Assembly (NCBI GenBank): GCA_027492035.1
Contig: JAOZFT010000004.1
Location: 1-64,000, forward strand
Direction: 5' to 3'
Source: Thermoproteota archaeon
Lineage (GTDB): Archaea > Korarchaeota > JAOZGF01 > JAOZFZ01
Length of the DNA: 64,000 bases
A model generated the notes under the pieces. That model had not been told where the DNA came from. It ran no database searches and worked only from the letters and a program-made list of their open reading frames with translations. A program made the position numbers and the translations under genes. Of the stretch, positions 39,126-48,645 are shown piece by piece. Numbering within the stretch: position 1 is the first letter of the stretch; the number at the start of each line of letters is the position of its first letter.

Positions 39126-41825
39126 ATGGAGAAGATAGGAGTGTACAGCAATAGGGGTAATATTGGAAGCCGTGTCTTTCTGAAAAAGATAATAGTAGCT
39201 TCTTTGTTAAGTTTGCTCTTGCTTCAACCAGTTCTGAATTGTTCCTCACTCCAGAATAAACCATACCATGTTTTGGTTCAAGAAGTACAGGATTACTTAT
39301 TAGCACTACAGCAAAACGACGGTTCTTTAAATATTGAAACGAGACTTTATCCTGTAATTGCCTCTTTTCTTTCAGAAATGAGGGAAAACTTCAAAAGTGG
39401 AACTTCTTCCGATGCTTTAAAGGCACTGAAAAATTACATAGTTAACAACTACTGCGAAGACGGGAAATGGAAGAAAGGGGTTTCCATAGAAACAATGATT
39501 TATTTAGCTAATGCCCTGGTTTCCACCATTACTTCACAGGAGGCTTCAGAAATAGAGTCCTTAGTAAACGATGCAGCATCAAAAATTTTGAATTATTTCG
39601 AGAAGCCAGGCAACGAAGAGTTTTTCTTCCAAAAAAGCGACTTGGTTTTCGAAGCTACTCACCTATTTAGTCATTATCTCAGATTGAAAAGTGTAACTAA
39701 GGCTTCTGAGGCTTTAGTTACAGTTCTAGGGGACATATTGAAGAGGCAATCAAACAATGGAAACTGGATAAATACGGAAGGAAATGAAGATACAATTTAT
39801 ACCACATCAAAAATGCTCCAGTGCCTAATTGAAATAAATGAAGCTATGCCTGCCGAAAAAAACATTAAAGCTATGGAAAGGGCAACAGATTGGCTAATCC
39901 TCAACAGAAACAGGAATGGAGGGTGGGGAGCCGCTAACTCCTACACAGGCTTAGTAATGGATGCCCTTATTAATTCCCACTTAGGATACGGCTTGGTTAA
40001 TCTTTCATCCCTAGCAAAGATTGCTGACGACTTGGAAAAACTACGCAACCCGTCTGGAGGCTGGTCTTTAGGCCCCACATTCCATAAATCAACAGCCATT
40101 CTTGCAAAAGCTTACTTAATTATTTTTAACGAATCCTTAAATCTTAAATATTACGTTAACTCTTATACAGGGATATCATTCCTCGTTAATGAGTGGTACC
40201 TGAATAGATGGGAAGAAAAGGATCAAATTAGATCTGTGAGTGAAATAGGGTCAATTCTGCTTTTCTACTCAAATTATTTACTTAAAACGTTGAATAGCCT
40301 TTATTTCGAAACAGAGGAAGTAACAAGTGAAGTTTCTTCTAAAATCTCCTTCTTAAAAGAAAAGACAGATTTAGAGTTATCTCTCTATATTAAAAAGTTT
40401 AATATGAGCAATGGATTAAAGAAAGAAAGTAGAGACGCTGCATTAAGGAATGATTGGAACCTTTCAGTTAGGAGAATTTATGAAGCTTACAACCAACTTA
40501 CATCCCTAAACAGTGAACTTTCAGAATCAATAAATGAAACCAGGAAGAAAGCAGCAAATGATTACCAAGAAATAGAAACCTCAATCAATGCCTTAAATCT
40601 TTCCTCAAAAGAAAGAAGCGAACTTAACACCTTGCTTAACCAGCTTTATGAAGCATTGACGCAGGAGAATTATAAATTATTTAATAAATTAAAGGAAGAG
40701 ATCTTGGAAAACATTAGAAGCATTACAAAAAAGGGGTTAACAAGTGAACAGCTTACATTCCTCAAAAAAATTCAAGAAATAAACAACTCACTAATTAAGT
40801 TAAGAGAAGAAGCAATATATGCTGAAAAAAGAGGAATGTCTGTCCAGAAGGTTTTAAACCTAACTTGTGAAGTCAACAAAACAATTAAAGATGCGTTAAG
40901 CTATATTTACTTAAATGAAACAAAAAAAGCTTCACTTTTGATTAAAAACTCAACAAGTGAACTAGTGAATGCAAATTATACCTTAAAGTTAAGTGAAGAA
41001 ACATTTAATTCAATCCAAACCGCTAAGAATAAACTTCTGAACATCTCAAGCCAATTGGTGCAGTTGAAAATCAGGGGATATGAAACAAAAGAAATAGAAT
41101 CCCTTAAAAACGACTCATTAATCTTGTTAAGTTTAGCGGAAGAGAAATATCGAAGTGAAGACTTTAATGGTTCAAAACTGCTTTTAACGAGAGTGGACAG
41201 TAAAATCAATGAAATACAAGACAAAATAAATAATTTATCAACCGCACAGCCTTTATTAAATACTTTTCTACTATACATCATCTTAATACCTGCAGCAGCT
41301 GCTGTTTTAGCGATAACGGTTCTTCTACTAAAAAAGAAACAAGTTTCAGTTCTTAAAAAAGAAGAAGAAACTGAAGAATTAAAAGTTGATTTAGAATTCC
41401 CTACTTCTTTGAGGACGAAACTACCCCTTGAAGAAAAAGAAAAGTTTTATAGGAGGGAAATACCTGAGGCTTTAATGTTACCTTTTTTGGAGGAAATAAA
41501 CTTGAGCGAAGAAAGAAGAAAAGTTAAGGAAATGCTTCAAGTAATTTCTAAAATAGCCAAGGAAGTTAATGTGGAAGCTATTAAAGACAGCATTTCAACA
41601 CTTGAGGATAACTTAGAAAAAATAACTTCTGAACAAAAAAGATTAAGTTCATTGCTTAGCAAAGCACCACCGGAAGAGAAAAAAATTTACTCAACCAGAA
41701 TAAGGGAACTGGATGAAAAAGCAAGAAGAATAACTCAAGTTTTAATTCTGAAAAGAATCCAGTTGGAGATAGGGGAAAGAACCAGGGATATAATTTCAAA
41801 TGTTAAATCCTTACTTTACAAGTAG
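39126..41825 (+). CDS. Large type-I membrane protein: prenyltransferase/squalene-cyclase-like alpha-barrel, coiled-coil stalk, TM, cytoplasmic coiled coil
   Basis: Signal peptide; QW-like repeats LQQNDGS, RQSNNGNW, NRNRNGGWG and LRNPSGGW; long heptad region with NxS/T sequons; TM FLLYIILIPAAAAVLAITVLLL followed by KKK. Confidence 0.75.
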   Translation: MEKIGVYSNRGNIGSRVFLKKIIVASLLSLLLLQPVLNCSSLQNKPYHVLVQEVQDYLLALQQNDGSLNIETRLYPVIASFLSEMRENFKSGTSSDALKALKNYIVNNYCEDGKWKKGVSIETMIYLANALVSTITSQEASEIESLVNDAASKILNYFEKPGNEEFFFQKSDLVFEATHLFSHYLRLKSVTKASEALVTVLGDILKRQSNNGNWINTEGNEDTIYTTSKMLQCLIEINEAMPAEKNIKAMERATDWLILNRNRNGGWGAANSYTGLVMDALINSHLGYGLVNLSSLAKIADDLEKLRNPSGGWSLGPTFHKSTAILAKAYLIIFNESLNLKYYVNSYTGISFLVNEWYLNRWEEKDQIRSVSEIGSILLFYSNYLLKTLNSLYFETEEVTSEVSSKISFLKEKTDLELSLYIKKFNMSNGLKKESRDAALRNDWNLSVRRIYEAYNQLTSLNSELSESINETRKKAANDYQEIETSINALNLSSKERSELNTLLNQLYEALTQENYKLFNKLKEEILENIRSITKKGLTSEQLTFLKKIQEINNSLIKLREEAIYAEKRGMSVQKVLNLTCEVNKTIKDALSYIYLNETKKASLLIKNSTSELVNANYTLKLSEETFNSIQTAKNKLLNISSQLVQLKIRGYETKEIESLKNDSLILLSLAEEKYRSEDFNGSKLLLTRVDSKINEIQDKINNLSTAQPLLNTFLLYIILIPAAAAVLAITVLLLKKKQVSVLKKEEETEELKVDLEFPTSLRTKLPLEEKEKFYRREIPEALMLPFLEEINLSEERRKVKEMLQVISKIAKEVNVEAIKDSISTLEDNLEKITSEQKRLSSLLSKAPPEEKKIYSTRIRELDEKARRITQVLILKRIQLEIGERTRDIISNVKSLLYK

Positions 41826-41915
41826 TTTTACAAGTAGAATTACTTGCGAGAGGATAAGGAACAAAAGAATATTTAAACACAAAAAAGCTTAGCAAAAAGG
41901 AAAGAGGGGGTTCTT

Positions 41916-42650
41916 TTGAATGAATACTGCTTCTACCTAAACAAAGTAATTAAGCAAAAAATAGATGAGACAGTGAGGTGGAGGTTTTACAGGTATGGGA
42001 AAGGGGAACATAAGGGACCTAAGTTAAAAATAAACGTAACAGAAAAGAGGATAAATGTAAAAGCTAGTTTCATGTATGAAAACCTTATTGAGTGGATATA
42101 TATCCAACTCACAAGGAAAGAAAAACATAAAATAAAAGGTAATATCGAATCCTACTTTAACCTGGAAGAGTTACTGCCTGAAACTAAATTAACCAAAAAA
42201 ATAAGAAAAACCGCCCAGAAACAAATCCTCAAAATAGATGACGAAATAACTTTAACTCAACTGAAAACCCTCTTTTCAAAAGTAGCGCCTTTCTCATACA
42301 TGTTTCTTTCACTTCAACCTGTTGAGAAAGGGGAGATAGAGAAAGTTAAGACAAAAAAGAAATTCCCTAAACCTGAAAAGCTTTTAGAACCTGAACTAAG
42401 CTTCACCTCAGCAACTTTTCCATATTCACAAGAGAACTTGGTTTTTATTACTGAATTAGTTGCACCTGACTTCACAACACCTAAAATCTTTAAAGAATTC
42501 ATGATTGAAAACGAGTTCAACATTTTAGAATTTATACCTCCAGAGAAAGGAGAAGTCACAAGAAAAACTGTTAAAAGGAAAACAGAAATAAAAAGGAAAC
42601 TAACAGTCGACAAATACACCAAAGAGAGAAAAGTTTCAGTAGTTATTTGA
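41916..42650 (+). CDS. Conserved hypothetical archaeal protein
   Basis: 244-aa basic ORF with RBS; N-terminal DE...RF.RYGKG motif. Confidence 0.7.
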   Translation: MNEYCFYLNKVIKQKIDETVRWRFYRYGKGEHKGPKLKINVTEKRINVKASFMYENLIEWIYIQLTRKEKHKIKGNIESYFNLEELLPETKLTKKIRKTAQKQILKIDDEITLTQLKTLFSKVAPFSYMFLSLQPVEKGEIEKVKTKKKFPKPEKLLEPELSFTSATFPYSQENLVFITELVAPDFTTPKIFKEFMIENEFNILEFIPPEKGEVTRKTVKRKTEIKRKLTVDKYTKERKVSVVI

Positions 42651-42858
42651 CAAGAAGAATATTTAATGGGAAAGAGAATACCTTTAGAGCTTTTGACGTG
42701 AATTTTAAGTCTATAATGCCTTAAAAACAACTAAATGAACGGTAAATGTGCAAAAAGCATGGTAAAGTTGCTTTTTTCCACCCTTCAATTTTTAAATGAA
42801 GAAACCCCTTTACGATTAAAAGATTCTTCTTTTAATTCAAGGAGGAGGCAAGAAAGGT

Positions 42859-44148
42859 ATGATGCTTAAATCTACCTTAATGTTTGATTACGCCAGTTGG
42901 ACTAAAAGAATACCGGAAAACATAATAAGAAAACTTTTAAAATACAAAACTAGGTATTACTTTGCCGGCGGAAAACCAGGCATTTTGCCCACAGAAATCT
43001 TTGCAAGAATTTTGGTTGATTTAGGGGTTAACCAGTTTCAAAAACTTTTAAATGGAAAGGAAAGGGAAATTGTGGAGGAGTATAATTACGGACCCACAAG
43101 TGGATTGGATTCATTTAAGGAAGTACTAAGTAAATTTTTGAAGGAACACGACAGGTTAAGGGTTCCTCCTGAAAATATAGTTATAACTACTGGTTCACAG
43201 CAATCAATTTATGCTCTACTAGACTCCTTAATAGATCCTGGAGACGTAGTTTTATCTTCTAACCCTACCTACCTTGGATTCATGAATGTAGCTGAAAAAC
43301 TTCAAGCTAAAATTGTAACGTTGCCAACTGATGAGGAAGGGGTAGTGACAGATTACCTTGAAAAAATATATGATGAAACAGTTAAAGAGTTAGGGAAGAA
43401 ACCTGAAATCATTTACGTAATCCCGGATTCAGATAATCCCACAGGAACCACTTTGCCTTTGAAGAGAAGAAAAGCCCTTTTCAACTTTGCAGCTGAAAAC
43501 AACATTTTAGTAATGGAGGATGCAGCCTATAGGGAGATTCAATTTAGGAAAAAAATTCCTCCAATGAAAAGTTTCGACGAGGAAAACAAGCTAGTTGCTT
43601 ACTTACGTACCTCTTCAAAAGAGGCTGCACCGTTCAGAGTAGCTTACAATGTAATTCCAGAAGGATTAATTAAAGAAGTAATAAAGGCAAAGGGATACTA
43701 TGATCTTTGCACCGCAAAAATACTGCAAAAAATACTTGAGATATATTACTCAAAATATATTGATTTAGTGCTGCCTAAGACTGTAAAAAGGTATAGGGAG
43801 AGATGTGAAGCCATGTGTAAATCCTTAGATGAATCATTTCCTGAAGGGGTGAGAACAGACCCGAAAGGAGGCTTCTTTGTTTGGTTTAGGTCAGCAAAGA
43901 AATTTAATGCATCCAAACTTCTTGTGGAGGAAGCCATTCCGAATGATGTTGCTTACGTCCCTGGGGAAGCATTTTTCACAACATATGGTTACTTTTACAA
44001 CCCAGACATTAATAAATTAGAAAGAACGAAACCAAGAAAGAATACAATGCGGCTAAGCTTTTCTTACATGACACCTGGAGAAATAAGAGAAGGAGTAAAA
44101 AAACTTGGAACAATCTTAACCGAAAAAATCGATAAATACTTAACTTAA
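42859..44148 (+). CDS. PLP-dependent aminotransferase class I/II
   Basis: FAGGKP, NYG.T.G, TTGSQQ, NPTG, EDAAY, TSSK (PLP Lys), GGFFVW, PGEAF and RLSFS. Confidence 0.93.
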   Translation: MMLKSTLMFDYASWTKRIPENIIRKLLKYKTRYYFAGGKPGILPTEIFARILVDLGVNQFQKLLNGKEREIVEEYNYGPTSGLDSFKEVLSKFLKEHDRLRVPPENIVITTGSQQSIYALLDSLIDPGDVVLSSNPTYLGFMNVAEKLQAKIVTLPTDEEGVVTDYLEKIYDETVKELGKKPEIIYVIPDSDNPTGTTLPLKRRKALFNFAAENNILVMEDAAYREIQFRKKIPPMKSFDEENKLVAYLRTSSKEAAPFRVAYNVIPEGLIKEVIKAKGYYDLCTAKILQKILEIYYSKYIDLVLPKTVKRYRERCEAMCKSLDESFPEGVRTDPKGGFFVWFRSAKKFNASKLLVEEAIPNDVAYVPGEAFFTTYGYFYNPDINKLERTKPRKNTMRLSFSYMTPGEIREGVKKLGTILTEKIDKYLT

Positions 44149-44247
44149 AACACTTAGATCTTAAAAAGAGGTAAGGCCAAAGCTTCTTCAGTAATAAAGA
44201 TTATTTCTTGTTTTAAATTGGAAAACCGTAACATTTTTAAAATTAAA

Positions 44248-44272
44248 TATTGGTTGGATTATCCAGCCAATA
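44248..44272. promoter_or_regulatory. Operator-like palindrome between the TATA box and the DUF4430/ECF genes
   Basis: TATTGGTTGGAT-T-ATCCAGCCAATA (11/12 symmetric), just downstream of TTTTTAAA (44234-44241). Confidence 0.6.
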
Positions 44273-44315
44273 ATTTATGCAACACTTTTTAATTTTGAAG
44301 GAGGTTCTTGGAGAA

Positions 44316-44756
44316 ATGGATAGGGGAACTCAAATAGCTATTTCATTAACCATAGTAGCTATTCTATTTTCATCTTTTGCTTTAATACATTCCCAGCAAG
44401 GCATTAACAGAGTAGAGAAAAGGTTGAATGAGTTAGAGTCTTTACTTTTAGTGAAAGCAGAAATAATTATAGATTACGGAAACGGTACAAAAACAACCTC
44501 CACAGTGGAGTTACCTAAAAATTCAACACTTCTTGATGCATTGAGAAAAGTAGCTGTGACTGAGGAAAAGAAATTTGATTTCGGAATTTTGGTGGAGTCA
44601 ATTAATGGTGTTAAGAATAATCCTTCAACCAAAAAGTTCTGGATTTGGTATATTTTCCAAAATAACCAGTGGAAAATGGGGCAAGTTGGTGCAGATCAAG
44701 AAATACTGCAAAATAATGCTAAGTATAAGTGGTCCTACGAGGCATATTCTTCCTAA
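44316..44756 (+). CDS. DUF4430 (transcobalamin C-terminal-like) membrane-anchored protein
   Basis: N-terminal TM; IDYGNG, TLLDAL, FGILVESINGV.N....FW.WY....W..GQVGAD; ATG 44316 follows GGAGG/GGAG. Confidence 0.85.
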   Translation: MDRGTQIAISLTIVAILFSSFALIHSQQGINRVEKRLNELESLLLVKAEIIIDYGNGTKTTSTVELPKNSTLLDALRKVAVTEEKKFDFGILVESINGVKNNPSTKKFWIWYIFQNNQWKMGQVGADQEILQNNAKYKWSYEAYSS

Positions 44757-44790
44757 CTTTCCATTCATAAAAGGGGGTAGTAGTTTTTCT

Positions 44791-45327
44791 ATGATTGAAA
44801 ACTACACTAAAAAATTGTCTTTAGTGACTGTTCTAAGTTCTTTAGCTATTGCCTTAGAGATTGTAAAGTCTATTTCTCCCGGGGGATTTGTCTTATTAGC
44901 TGGCATAGAACCTGTTACTCTGTTAGTTGCTTTGGGAGGAACATTACTGGGCCCTCTTTACGGTTTTTTTCAGGGTTTAGTGACAAACCTGCTTTACAGT
45001 TTTTTCTTAGGGGTGTCTGTTATTTTACCCTTTACAGCCTTAGGTTTCGGATTGATTGGTTTCTTGGCTGGTTTACTGCAAAAGTACTTAAAAAATGATA
45101 ACCAAGTTATTTTGGGTTTAATGGGATTTTCTTATTCCCTGCTTTTCGACCTTTTAACAAATATCGCCCATGCTTTCCTGTTCAATATTCCAATTGAAGT
45201 ATCGCTAATAGCTGGTTTTCTACTTCCCCCATTTATAGGCGTAAAGCACTTGATAAGTAATTTCATTCTTTTCTCCTTTGTTTTCCCTATCCTTAAAAAG
45301 AAAATAGAGTTAATTGTAGGTGTTTAA
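44791..45327 (+). CDS. ECF transporter S component (CbrT-like, probably cobalamin)
   Basis: About 6 TM helices; IEPVT, GP..G...G and FD..TN; directly downstream of DUF4430; start reassigned to ATG 44791. Confidence 0.75.
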   Translation: MIENYTKKLSLVTVLSSLAIALEIVKSISPGGFVLLAGIEPVTLLVALGGTLLGPLYGFFQGLVTNLLYSFFLGVSVILPFTALGFGLIGFLAGLLQKYLKNDNQVILGLMGFSYSLLFDLLTNIAHAFLFNIPIEVSLIAGFLLPPFIGVKHLISNFILFSFVFPILKKKIELIVGV

Positions 45328-45351
45328 GCAAAGTAGTTTAGCCATGTAAAG

Positions 45352-46680
45352 TTAAGCCATGAGATATTTCTCAATTTCCCAAGGAGTAACAGCCTCCCTG
45401 TATTCACTCCATTCCTTCATTTTCTCTTTAAAGAAAGTGTTGGACACGTGGCTTCCCAGTGCTTTCACAACTATTTTATCTTTTCGAAGTTCCTTTAAAG
45501 CCTCAAACAAGGATCCAGGGAGGGTTTCAATGCCTAACTTGTTTTTCTCGGTTTCATTAAGGTGGTAAAGATCTTTATCCAAAGGTTCGCCTGGGTCTAT
45601 TTTCTCTCTGATTCCGTGAAGCCCAGCTTCTAAAACAGCTGGGAATAAGAGGTAAGGGTTAGAAAGTGGATCCGGACATCTATACTCAAGCCGTGCATGT
45701 TTCTTCCTGCCTGGAAAATAATGAGGAACCCTCACTAAAGCGGATCTGTTTCTTCTACTCCAAGCAACGTAAATTGGAGCCTCATAACCAGGAACTAACC
45801 TTTTGTAGCTATTAACTGTCGGCGCAGCAATAGCTGAAAGAGCTTTTGCGTGTAAGAGTAAGCCCCCAATGAAGTATTTAGCTGTTTCGGAGAGGCTGCC
45901 ATATCCTCTCTCATCAAAAAAGAGGTTTTCGTTTTCCATGTTAAAAAGACTTAAATGTATGTGCATACCGTTTCCTGCCGCACCATGGAAAGGCTTAGGC
46001 ATAAAAGTGGCTATAAAACCATGCTGCCTAGCCACTTCCTTGGCTACAAGCTTATAGAGAATAATGTTGTCGGAAGTTGCCACAGGGTCAGAAAACCTGA
46101 AATTGATTTCATGCTGGCCGGAACCTACTTCATGATGATAAGCCTCGATTTTGAATCTTTCATTTTTAAGTAAGTGCGATGAAAACGACATTCTGAATTC
46201 TTCAGTTAAATTGCTTCCAGGGGACATGTCAAAATACATGCCATCATTAATTCTTTCGACAGGAACCACTTTGCTGGAAGAATCCCTTTTCAAAGTGTAA
46301 AACTCAACCTCTGCCCCTACAAAGAACTGAAACCCTAATTTATTGGCTTTTTCAAGAGATTTTTGGCAAACAAATCTAGGATCTCCCTCAAATCTCTTGT
46401 TCCCCGGCCTATAGATATCACACAGCAACGCAGCAGTCTTTTGCTGAGGCAGTAAAGTAAATGTTTCAGGATCTGGTTTCATCACCATATCGCTTTCATA
46501 TATTTCAACAAAACCCGGAATCGACGAGCCATCAAAACCTATACCTTCCTCTAGAATGTTTTTCAAAACTGAAAAGGGAACTGTTCTACCCCTTAAGTAA
46601 CCATTAACGTCTGCAAAAAGCAAATGCACAAACTTAATTCCCTTCTCTTCCCCCTTCTTCATCACATCATCAATGCCCAT
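45352..46680 (-). CDS. glnA: Glutamine synthetase type I
   Basis: FDGSSI, ESDM, HHEV..GQHEI, FMPKP....GNGMH.H.S, NSYKRLVPGYEAP, NRSA and E.R.PD. Confidence 0.96.
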   Translation of the reverse strand: MGIDDVMKKGEEKGIKFVHLLFADVNGYLRGRTVPFSVLKNILEEGIGFDGSSIPGFVEIYESDMVMKPDPETFTLLPQQKTAALLCDIYRPGNKRFEGDPRFVCQKSLEKANKLGFQFFVGAEVEFYTLKRDSSSKVVPVERINDGMYFDMSPGSNLTEEFRMSFSSHLLKNERFKIEAYHHEVGSGQHEINFRFSDPVATSDNIILYKLVAKEVARQHGFIATFMPKPFHGAAGNGMHIHLSLFNMENENLFFDERGYGSLSETAKYFIGGLLLHAKALSAIAAPTVNSYKRLVPGYEAPIYVAWSRRNRSALVRVPHYFPGRKKHARLEYRCPDPLSNPYLLFPAVLEAGLHGIREKIDPGEPLDKDLYHLNETEKNKLGIETLPGSLFEALKELRKDKIVVKALGSHVSNTFFKEKMKEWSEYREAVTPWEIEKYLMA

Positions 46681-46787
46681 AAGCTTCTCACCAAATGTGT
46701 AAAATGGTTTTTTTGTTGTAATAAAGAATATAAAATTTAAATGTTATGGTGTACATTTGTCCAAAAAAAATAAAAAGGTGGTGATGA

Positions 46788-47234
46788 ATGTTGATAGATG
46801 AATCAGATAAAAAAATTTTGAAACTTTTAAATGAGGATGCTAGACTTTCCTATAGGAAAATATCTCAAAAAACAGGTCTCTCCGTGGGAACAGTAATTTC
46901 AAGAATAAGGGAAATGGAGAAAAAGGGGATTATTAGAGGGTATGGCGCTGTTTTAGACCCTGAAAAAGTAGGTTACGACATCGCCGCCATTATTGAAATA
47001 ACTATAGCCAAAGGGAAACTTTTAGAGGTTGAGAAAAATATTGCTGGTAAAAAAAATGTTTACGGCGTTTACGATGTGACAGGAGACACAGATGCAATAG
47101 TGATTGCGAGATTTAAAACAAGAGGAGAGTTAAGCAAATTCGTTAAGTCCTTGTTAAGCATGGAGTATGTTGAAAGAACAATAACTCATGTAGTACTTTC
47201 AATTGTTAAAGAAGATTTTAGAGTGTTAATTTAA
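46788..47234 (+). CDS. Lrp/AsnC family regulator, divergent from glnA
   Basis: IDESDKKIL..L..DAR.S...I HTH; RAM domain VTGDTD. Confidence 0.94.
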   Translation: MLIDESDKKILKLLNEDARLSYRKISQKTGLSVGTVISRIREMEKKGIIRGYGAVLDPEKVGYDIAAIIEITIAKGKLLEVEKNIAGKKNVYGVYDVTGDTDAIVIARFKTRGELSKFVKSLLSMEYVERTITHVVLSIVKEDFRVLI

Positions 47235-47326
47235 GGGAAGGAAACAAAAATGTATTTTTTTTAGGTTTTTTAAAGTAGTTGCCAAAAAAAAGAAATACCG
47301 TTTATAGGAAGAAAAAAGGGAGGGTG

Positions 47327-48526
47327 TTAGAGCTTAGGTAAATCCTTCACCATTTCTTCAAAACTTTTCTTTTGTGACGTTCGACTGTAAACAGTGGGGT
47401 TTCCAAAAAAGGGAGGTAGCATTTGTTCACTTTGCCTTGGCAACGGTGCCCCTTGCTGGAAAAAGACGTTAGAAGATGATTCATCTTCAACTGATTCAAC
47501 TTCAGTTAGTGGAGTTAAGATAGATTCAGACTTAACTCCAGTTAAAATAAGTATTACTTCTACTTCATCTCCCTTGCTTTCGTCAAGCTGTACACCCCAT
47601 CTTAAATATGCTCCTGGCAGGATTTGGTTAGCTATTGTTTCAGCGGCACCTTTAACTTCATTCAGTGTTACCTTCCTTCCTGCTATTATGTAAATTAAGG
47701 CTGCATTTGCCTCAGTTATATCTACATCCAGGAGAGGATTTCTCAATGCATTTTCTACAGCTTCCTCTATCCTGTTTTCACCCTTACCTACCCCATGACC
47801 TATTAAAGCAACTTTTCCCCACTTAAGCACAGTTTTTATGTCTGCAAAATCAACATTTACTAGCCCTTTCTGGAAAGCGGCCTCTGACACGGCTTTTATC
47901 ATTTTTCCTAGGAGTTCACTTGCTACACCGAAGGCCGCTTCAATTGTTTCTGCACCTGCAACTTCTGACAGTTTCTCGTTATCTATTACAATAACTGTGT
48001 CAGCATATTTTCTTAATTCCCTTATCCCGTATTTTGCAACTTGTATTCTTGGCCCTTCTAATTTGAAAGGAAAAGTAACAACTGCAACCACTATCGCCCC
48101 TTTTTGTTTAGCTACTCTCGCAACTACAGGTGCCGCACCTGTACCTGTCCCCCCACCCATTCCTGCAGCTATGAAAACTAGGCCGTATTTACATTCCTCA
48201 AGTAAACTGTCTATTTTGTTAAGGGATCTTTCAGCCGCCATTTTTCCAATGGAGGGGTTCCCTCCAGCTCCTGTTCCATCTGTTAATTCACGCCCTATCA
48301 ACACTTTGTAGTCAGCGAGGCATTTGTCTAAGTGGTCCTTGTCTGTGTTTATTATTGCCAAGGTTACATTTTTTACATTTAGTGTTTTTAGGTAGGTTAT
48401 GGTGTTCCCTCCAGCCCCACCAACTCCTATAGCAAATATTTTTCGTGCTGTTTTGGTTTCTCCAGGATAGGGAGCCTGGTAAGCGTTGAAAGTTCCTGTT
48501 TCAAAGGGAGCAAGACCATCAAACAT
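47327..48526 (-). CDS. ftsZ: Cell division protein FtsZ
   Basis: GVGGAGGN, GAGGNP, GMGGGTGTGAAP, PFKLEG, IDNEKL and NVDFAD. Confidence 0.96.
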   Translation of the reverse strand: MFDGLAPFETGTFNAYQAPYPGETKTARKIFAIGVGGAGGNTITYLKTLNVKNVTLAIINTDKDHLDKCLADYKVLIGRELTDGTGAGGNPSIGKMAAERSLNKIDSLLEECKYGLVFIAAGMGGGTGTGAAPVVARVAKQKGAIVVAVVTFPFKLEGPRIQVAKYGIRELRKYADTVIVIDNEKLSEVAGAETIEAAFGVASELLGKMIKAVSEAAFQKGLVNVDFADIKTVLKWGKVALIGHGVGKGENRIEEAVENALRNPLLDVDITEANAALIYIIAGRKVTLNEVKGAAETIANQILPGAYLRWGVQLDESKGDEVEVILILTGVKSESILTPLTEVESVEDESSSNVFFQQGAPLPRQSEQMLPPFFGNPTVYSRTSQKKSFEEMVKDLPKL

Positions 48527-48603
48527 TTCTTTTATTCACCTTTCTTTTAGTATTTTTTAATTGAAGTAATTGTAAGAGAAGGGGGAGAGAGTAAATAAAA
48601 TTT

Positions 48604-48645
48604 AAATTATTACATTTGTAATAATTTTGTTTTACACGTGTAAAA
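48604..48645. promoter_or_regulatory. Tandem perfect palindromes (TTACAnnTGTAA x2) upstream of ftsZ
   Basis: AAATTATTACA-TT-TGTAATAATTT (48604-48627) and TTTTACACGTGTAAAA (48630-48645); centres 22 bp apart. Confidence 0.7.

Noticed and set aside
41815-41846. TTTACAAGTAG tandem duplication and small hairpin at the stop of the 899-aa gene
   Set aside because: Short local duplication with no evident functional consequence.
44575-44790. Long N-terminal extension of the ECF S ORF overlapping DUF4430
   Set aside because: ATG 44791 with an upstream GGGGG RBS gives a normal-sized S component; the overlap is an ORF-calling artefact.
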